The notes under the pieces: generated by a model
What the model saw: the letters and a program-made list of their open reading frames with translations, nothing else
Databases searched by the model: none
Told to the model about the DNA's origin: nothing
Shown here: positions 54,501-63,500 of the stretch, piece after piece
Position numbering within the stretch: position 1 is the stretch's first letter
Layout: each line of letters starts with the position of its first letter
Position numbers and translations under genes: made by a program
Source of the DNA: Candidatus Oxydemutatoraceae bacterium
GTDB lineage: Bacteria; Pseudomonadota; Gammaproteobacteria; Poriferisulfidales; Oxydemutatoraceae
Direction of reading: 5' to 3'
Length of the DNA: 64,000 nt
Assembly: GCA_965219575.1 (NCBI GenBank)
Contig: OZ244779.1
Location: forward strand, 1,132,769-1,196,768

Positions 54501-57500
54501 GCTATACGATATTCAATCTGCAAATCAACCGCGACACCGAGGACGATCAAGGACTGTTTGCGGTCATCGCCGACGAAGGCGTTGTGCGAAATATCAGCCT
54601 ATTCGGTGCGATGATAGAAGCCCGCAACAATGTCGGTGTATTGGCGGGGCGCAATAACGGCACCGTCGTCGCCGTCGATGCCTACGCTCGGATTGACGCC
54701 AATAACACCGTCGGCGGTTTGATCGGCAATAGCCGCGGTTGGGTTATCGGGAGCAACGCCGTTATCGTTATCTCGGCAGTCGGCAGCGTCGGTGGTTTGG
54801 TCGGCAGTTCCGGGGCGACAATCATCAACAGTTATGCAAGCGGTGCGGTTGTAGCCGCCGGCAATCGCAGCGGTGGTTTGGTCGGTGAAAATTCTATGCC
54901 GGCGGGTAGAATTATCAATAGCTATGCCGAGACCGAAGTCACCGGAAACAGCGAAGTAGGCGGTTTGGTAGGACACAGCACGGCGACGAGTGTCATCACC
55001 GATAGTTATGCGGCGGGTTCGGTTCGTGCCGTTGCCGAAGTGGATAGCGAGGGACCCTACGCCGGCGGGTTGGTCGGTCGTCTGCGCGGCGAATCGGCCG
55101 TCATAAATAGTTATGCGATTGCCGCTATAGAACCCGGCACACGGCAGAATTTCGTCGGCGGTTTGATCGGCAATAACGGCAACCGAAACGATGCAATCAC
55201 CGCAAGTTATTGGGATCGTGACACCACAGGTCAAAACGGCTCCGCAGGTGGTGCCGGTTCCACTACGATGATCTTACAGTCCGCTACCTCGCATACAAAC
55301 GGCGGTCAACAAAACCGACCTTACTACTTGTGGAGTGAACGCAACTGGTATTTCGGCACTGCCGAGCAATATCCGACACTCAAATACGCACCGAATCCGG
55401 ACCGCGAAGGTCCCTCGACCTGTGGCAGTGCCGGGTTACCCGAATGTGGTAGCCCTTTAACGCCGCAACTTCGCAACAGCTTAGAAGACCTAAAATTGGC
55501 ATCCACGAGCCGGCTGGTTCCACCCTTTGACGCAAGTAGCGGTAGACACCGCAACAGTTACTTCGGTTCGGCAACCGCCAATCCGATTCGTTTAATCCCG
55601 ACGGCAAGCCAAGACGATGCCGTCATCAATATCTACGCAGCCGACGGTAGCACATTACTGGAATCGGCACTCGCCAGCGGTGGTACCAGTGGGGTTATCT
55701 TCTTGAGCGACGACATCAACCGCATCGTGCTGGAGATCGTCGCTGCGACGACTGCGACGGTGCGATACCCGGTCTATATTCGCCGCATCGATGATGTGGA
55801 CGGCGACGGCTTCATCGATATTGAAAATCTGGAAGAACTTCGGGCAATCACCGAAATAAATAATAGATCCAGAAACTATGAATTGCTTCGCAGCTTAGAT
55901 TTCAACGACCCGGACAGCTACGGCTCGGGTGTAGTGAACCGCGAGTGGACGGTAGAAGACTTTAACGACCGCGGAGACTTCGGTTGGCAACCTGCAAGTT
56001 TTGCCGGAGAATTCAACGGCAACGGTTATACGATCTCGGGTCTACAAATCAATAGAGTAGCGAGCGATAATGTCGGGTTGTTTAGTCGACTTGACACTTC
56101 GGGGATGATTCGCAATCTCGGTTTGCTCAATCTAAGGATAAAAGCCGGCAGCGACACCGGTGGATTAATCGGTGAGAATTCCGGTACGGTCATCAACTGC
56201 TTCGTCATCGGCGAAATCGAAGGAAATACCCGTGTCGGTGGCTTGATAGGTGTTAGTCGGATTCGGGCTAGTATGCGCGGGGGTGTTATCAACAGCTATG
56301 CCGAAGCTATGGTTTCCGGAGTATCCAATGTAGGCGGTTTGGTAGGGGAGAACCCAGGCAACAAAATCTATAACAGCTACGCCGGCGGTAGAGTTGTCGG
56401 CGGTAGGGTTATAGGTGGTTTGGTCGGCTCTATGATACCCCCTTTCTCCGGCGACGAGGTGAACGATGCCGATGCCGTTGTCAATAGTTACGCAACCGGT
56501 AATGTTACAAGCACACATACCGGCAACCAGACAGTAGACATAGGTGGATTGATAGGTGCAATCTTTCGCGGAAACAATTTACTTTACGACAACACCTACA
56601 CAACCGGTCAAGTTGACGGAAATGACAGTGCCGGTGGCTTGATAGGTACAATAAATCTAGGATCTGCTTCACTTCGCAACAGCTACGCAGCCGGTCGAGT
56701 TGACGGAAATAGCAATGTCGGTGGCTTGGTGGGTCGCACTAACGGAACAATCGCACGGATTCAAAATAGCTATGTGAACAGCGACGAGAATCCGGGGATT
56801 TCTCTAGGGTCGGGATCCTTCCTGAACTCTTCCACTCAAACCTCCGCCCGACTACGACAAGGTACAGCGCAATCAATCACCCGGACCGATGTTTATTACC
56901 GATGGAGTACCGATGACTGGGATTTCGGCAACGCTTTGCAATATCCGATTCTCAAATACGCCCCGACCACCGGTACCGGGTTCGCTCAAGCCTGCGGCAA
57001 CGGAAGCGACGACCTACCCGAATGTGGCACACCGATATCGCCGCAAATTCACGATGGCTTGCAGGATTTAAGCGTAGCCGACGGTGCGGAGCTGGATCCA
57101 CCTTTCGGTGATATGCATCGAGATTTAAGCGGCAGTTATTTCGGCGATCTAAGCCACGATGCAAGCACCCTTCGCATCATACCGACGGCAAAGGTGCGCA
57201 ACACAACGATTAACATCTATGTCGGCGATGTCGGCGGAAAACAAACGCCCGACCAGCAAATCGCCAGCGGCACGACTTCGACACCGATTACTTTGGTCAA
57301 CGGCATCAATCGCATCGTTCTAGAGATTGTGGCACCCGGGCGCGCTACCGTACGCTACCCCGTTTATCTTAGATTCGATACCCAAGATAGAAACAGAGAC
57401 GGCATTATTGAGATTGCTAATTTGAACGAACTCTACAATATACGCCACAACTTGAGCGGCAATTATCGCTTAGTCCGCAACTTGGATTTTGACGACCCGA

Positions 57501-60500
57501 ACAGTTATGCGCCCGGTAGATATCCACCCGGTGAAATTAACCGCGAATGGACGGTACTAAACTTTAGCAACCCCGCCGACCGCGGTTGGCAACCGATCGG
57601 CACGCGCGTGCGTCCTTTCAGAGGCGAGTTTGACGCCGACGGTTTCACCATTGCCAATTTACGAATCAATGACACTGTGGGTGCCGACAGCGGATTATTC
57701 GGAAGTATCGGTGGGAGCGGTGTGGTACGCAACCTCGGTTTGCTGGATGTCAGGATACAAGGACGCAGTGATGTCGGTGGTCTGAGTGTCGTCAACCGCG
57801 GCAGAATTATCGGCACTTATGTGATCGGCGAGCTATCGGGCGGCTATCGAAGAAATATCGGTGGTTTGGTCGGCGAGAATGCCGGAGGTGAAATCGTCAA
57901 TAGCTATGCGCAGGTCACCCTAACGGCTCATAGAAGCGAAGCCAACAACATCGGTGGCTTGGTCGGTGTGGTGTCGTCGGGCGGTGCGATCGTCAACAGC
58001 CATGCCGGCGGCATCCTAGAGCATAGAGGATTAAATAGCGGCGGTTTGCTCGGCAGTACCGGCTTGGGTTTCAACCCTGCGCCGATTAACATCGTCAATA
58101 GCTATGCCGAAGTTCGGGTTGCCGGGGTAAGACATGTCGGTGGCTTGGTGGGCAACCTTGCAGTCGACGGAGATGCGGTGCGCAACAGCTATGCTAGAGG
58201 TGAAGTTTCGGAGTTCGCAGCAACCGACAATGCCAATCAATATGTAGGCGGCTTGGTCGGTCTCGTTAATAAAGGCTCGATCACCGACAGTTATGCTGCC
58301 AACAACATAATAGAATCAAGTGCGGTACAAAGGGAGAATATACAAATCGGAAGCCTGATCGGAGCGTTCCTCGACAGTGGTATCACCGTATCTGCAAGCT
58401 ATGCCGATTTCAATCGGAGTCGCTACAACTTCATAGGAACTACCCCTACCCTTAATTCTTTCAATAGGACTACCGAACAGCTACAAAATCCTATAAGGCG
58501 GGGTGAATCGCCTGACGATACCTATCACCAATGGAGTGAAACCGACTGGAATTTCGGCGATAGGAACAGCTATCCGATACTCAAATATGCCGCCGCAACC
58601 AATGTATTACGCAGAAGGAACGCTGCGTGTCGCAATCGCACTATGGATGAAGCAACCCGATTACCGATTTGCGGTGAGCTGATATCGCCGTCGTTTGAAA
58701 ATGGTTTAGTTAGTTTGGCTTTGCAAGATGGAAGAGGTCTTCGAGGTTTAAGCCTCAATCCACCTTTCGGCGATGCGAATCTCAATTTATTCGGCTATTA
58801 TTCGGGTGCGGTCCGTTTTAGCCTTAATTCTACCCGAACCGATATCCGTTTAATCCCGGGGGCAAAAGACCCCAGTTCTACGATTGATATCTATGTCAAC
58901 GGCGTTTACAAAGAGCAGATTTTCAGTAATATTCCCAGCGATCCGATTGAATTAACGGAAGGGATTACCTTCATCGTGTTGGAGATTCGAGCGAGCGGTT
59001 CGGAGCCGGTGCGATACCCGGTCTATCTCAGCTACGACCCCAGGGATAGAAACGGCAACGGTTTTACCGAGATCAACAATTTAGAAGAACTCTATGACAT
59101 ACGCGCCGATATCGATACCTTAAGCGATGATTATGAACTAACCCGAGATTTGGACTTCAACGACCCGAACAGCTATGCGTCGGGTATCGTCAATCGCGAC
59201 TGGACGGTAGAAAGATTTGACAGCCCCACCGACTTCGGCTGGGAAGCGATAGGGGGCATCGTCAACGACGACTGCGACGATTTTAACAGTAGGTGCTTCG
59301 GAGGCACTTTCAACGGCAACGGCTATACGATATCCAACCTATCGATTAATGGAGATGCCGATTATCAGGGCTTGTTCGTCGGTATTGCCGGGACCGGCAA
59401 TGTTCGTGCACTCGGTTTGGCAAACCTAAAGATAGAAGCCGGAGACACGGTCGGAGGTTTGGCCGGTCGCAACGAAGGCACCGTCATCGATAGTTTTGCG
59501 ATCGGCGAACTCTCGGCAAACGACACGGTCGGGGGTTTAGTCGGCATCAACAAAGGTACCGTCATGGATAGTTATGCGATCGGCGAACTCTCGGCAAACG
59601 ACAGTGCCGGTGGTTTAGTCGGCATTAGCGAAGGCACCATCATCGGCAGTTATGCGATCACCGAGCTTTCGGCAAACAACGATGTCGGTGGGCTCGTCGG
59701 CGAGAGCATCGGCAAAATACTCAATAGTTATGCCGGGGGTGTGATAACCGGCAATACCGGCGTAGGCGGCTTGGTCGGCACAGCGACCGATATGTCCGGC
59801 AGCGGAATGATCGTCAACAGCCACGCCGGCGGCATCATACACGCTTTCGGAAATTATGCCGCCGGCATCGTCGGTAGAATAGGCTCCGGTCCGGGAAATG
59901 AGGATTTCAGAATAATCAATAGCTACGCAAACAGCCTGATTTCGTCGGACGGACAGTATGTCGGCGGTTTGGTGAGCGATTCGGCATCGGGCAAGTTCAC
60001 GATTAGCAACAGCTACGCCGGCGGTCGCGTTACCGAGAGTGCCTTCGGCAATGTGACATCTATAGGAGGTCTGGCTGCGGTTACGAAATCCGACGACACC
60101 ATTACCGATAGCTACGCCGTCACCGAGATCTACCCGCAAAGTGCAGCTGTAAGCAAAGGCAGTTTAGTCGGCGATCATTCGGGTAGGCTCGCTTCGGTTT
60201 ATTCCGATGCCGCTAGAAATCCCTATATCGGCATCACCGGGAGGGGTGGCGGTCAAATCGAGGCTTCTTCCATGCGGACCACCACCGAGATGCAATCTGC
60301 CATGGGACCGTCGACGACGCAAACCGGGGTTTATTACAACTGGGATGCAGATGCTTGGGATTTCGGTAGGCGCAACGAATACCCGATACCTAGATATGTC
60401 TCGGGTCCCGATGCCGACGCTTGTGGTACCGACGATACACCGAGCTGCGGCACTCCGATCTCCCCGCAAACTCGCTATCGCACACGCGGACTGGGTCTGC

Positions 60501-63500
60501 GTGCCTTGAATGTCAAAGAAGGTGCGTTGTATCCGCGCTTCGATATTGACCAACAGAATCGGGTCGGTGTCTACATCGGTGCCGTCGTCGCCGATGACGC
60601 TGTCACCGAACTGATCGCAACGACGATGGAAGCAAATGCGACCTATAGTGTCTATTTGGGTCCTCGCGAAATACCGTTGCTCAGCGATGCCCGAAGCGGC
60701 ACGACGACAACCGAGATTACTTTGAACGAGCGCGAGGCGACTCGCATAGTCATTCAAGTCGAAGGAACCGAGACAGAAGGAACCGAGACAGTACGCTATA
60801 TCCTCTATCTAAAGCATCTGAATAACGCGCTCGCGGTTGATACCGACCACGACGGACTCATCGAGATAGATTCTTTGGAAGACCTCAATGCGATTCGCTT
60901 CGTAGCCGACGGTAGCGGTTATCGTGCGAATGCTCGGACGGTTAGCAATTCGGCAGGTTGTCCGAACGGTCTATGCCGCGGCTACGAATTGACCGGAAAT
61001 CTGGACTTTAACAATCCCGACGATTACGAAAATATCGATAACCGGGCGCGGTGGCATGACGACGGCAGTTGGCCTCCCATAGGGGACTCCGTGCGGTTCT
61101 TTACCGGCACTTTGAACGGCAACGGCTTTGCAATTTCCAACTTAAAAGTCAGAGCGAACGGCGGACTTTTCGGGGTTATAGGTTCCGATCGCGAAGCCGA
61201 GGCTACCGATGTGCGCAATTTCATTAGAGGACTCGGTTTATTGAATGTAGATGTTCAAGGCGATGTCGTCGGTGGCATCGCGAGATATTGCAATCGCTGT
61301 AGTATCGATAACACTTATGTCGTCGCTCGCATAGAAGGCACCGAAAGTGCTGCCGGCTTCGTCAACGAATATTCAATATCGGCTACATCGTCGCCCGATA
61401 TATCCATCCACAACAGCTACTTCATCGGTCGCGTCAATGCGCGGCACATTGCCGGCGGCTTTATAGGTGCCGGCGATTTTCATCCGCAAATTTCCGATAG
61501 TTATGTCATCGGCAAAGTAATCGCCGGCAGTAGCGTGGCACAAGTCGGTAGCTTTGCGGCAACCGGCTTGGATAATTTTAATATCGCCCGTAGTTTTGCT
61601 GCTGCGTCGGCAACCCGTGCCGGGGTGCCACAGGGCTTGTCGGGAGGTGGCATCGGTAACGGTTCCATTCGAGCGACTTATATAGACGGTGACATTGCCG
61701 GTTTGCAAACTGCCGAACTAGCCGATGTTCAAAGCACCGAAGCACTTCAGATGCCGACCGGTGCAACCGGTATCTATAGCCGATGGCGCACCGAAAACTG
61801 GGATTTCGGCACCCGCGAACAATACCCGGCAATCAAATACTCGCAATGCGACGAAACCACTTCGGCATTTTGCGGTAATGTATTGCCTTATCAGGGTGGC
61901 TTGCTCAAAAGCCTCAAACTACCTGAAAACATAGGTATCAATCCGCCTTTTGATTTTGCTACATTTAACTATGAGATCGCGGTTCCTCTGGGTCAAAAGA
62001 TTTTGCAATTCATTCCCGAAGCGTTCGCTACGAGTGCGACGATTGCAGTTTCCGTGGACGGTGTCATGCTTGCCGAAGTGCCGAGTGGCCGTATCGTGCC
62101 GAGAATTACGGTGGATACGCGAGGTGAAACGATAGTCGATGTGGTCGTAAAGGAAAGTGCCGACCGTACTTCTTACCGTTACCGCTTTACCGTATTCAAT
62201 CTCGATGTGAGAATATACACCACGGCGATAGATGCCGACGACGACGGACTGATAGATGTAGGTACCCCCGAACAGTTGAATGCGATGCGCTATAGCCTGG
62301 ACGGCAGTTTTTATAGAGAGCGTGCCGACGGTGCCCGAGTTTATTGCCGTAGCGGTTGCCGTGGCTACGAACTGAACGCCGATATAGATTTGACAGGTGT
62401 TGATTGGCAACCTATAGGCAGTAGCGATGCCGGCTTCAACACGCGCTTCAACGGCAACGGCTATACCCTATCCAATCTGACTTGGAATGGCCCGGTTTCC
62501 GATGATATAGGCTTGTTTCATACTCTGGGTGAGAATGCGAGGATAGAGGATATCCGACTGATAGATCCCCAAATCCGCATAACACAGGTTGATAGCCCCG
62601 ATCGCTTAATCGGCACTTTGGCGGCAACCAACTTCGGCATTATCTTTAATAGTCGGGTTGAAAATGCCACAATTGATATTCAACGGCCGTCTACCGATAC
62701 CGGTGTCGGGGGTTTGGTTGCCGACAACAGGGGTGTTATTGTCAACAGCGGAGTGGCAGGCGGTTCCATGATAACGGCATCGGGATTCGGCAGCTTGGCA
62801 GGTTTGGTACATTTGAATTCAAACGGTGTCATTCGCGGCAGTTTTGCGACGATTTCGATCTCCGGTAATAATAACCAATTTAGCGTTGCGGGTTTGGTTA
62901 ATACCAACAATAATCAATCGATAATAAGCGATAGCTATGCGCAAGGCAATGTTACATTTGTTGCCGATGGTTCCAGAGCGGGTTTGGTGGAGCGCAACAA
63001 CGCAGATATTCTAAACAGTTACTCAACCGTGAACATTAGGGGTCTCGGCGGCGGTCTGGTAGCATCCCCATTGTCGTCGAGTAATATTCTCAATAGCTAC
63101 TGGGATGCCGACACCAGCGGTCAAACTACCGGTTCGGCAGGCAGCTCTCGAACGACGGTGGAGCTACAATCCGGTGTTGCGCAAAATAATAGTACCGATA
63201 CCGTCTACTATCAGTGGAATCCCGAGCGTTGGCATTTCGGCAATAGCGACCAATACCCGACGGCACTCTACCAAGACGGTAATCTCGATTTGTGTAGAAA
63301 GCCGACCGAAATACAACTGCAACGCTGTGCCGGCTTGGTTTCCGGCGGGTTATCGGAAGCCGACCGTGCAATCGTCTGTCGCGACCGTTTGCCTAGAAAC
63401 AGAGTAGACCCGCCGTATTGCGGTGCGTTGGTGCCGAGTCAAGACCGGGTCGGTTTGATCGGACTGGAATTTTCCGCCGGTGTGGAGCTGGTACCGGAAT

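Noticed and set aside
42260-55980. Several RGD tripeptides in giant protein 2
   Set aside because: Expected by chance in more than 8,000 Gly/Asp/Arg-rich residues; not positionally conserved between modules.
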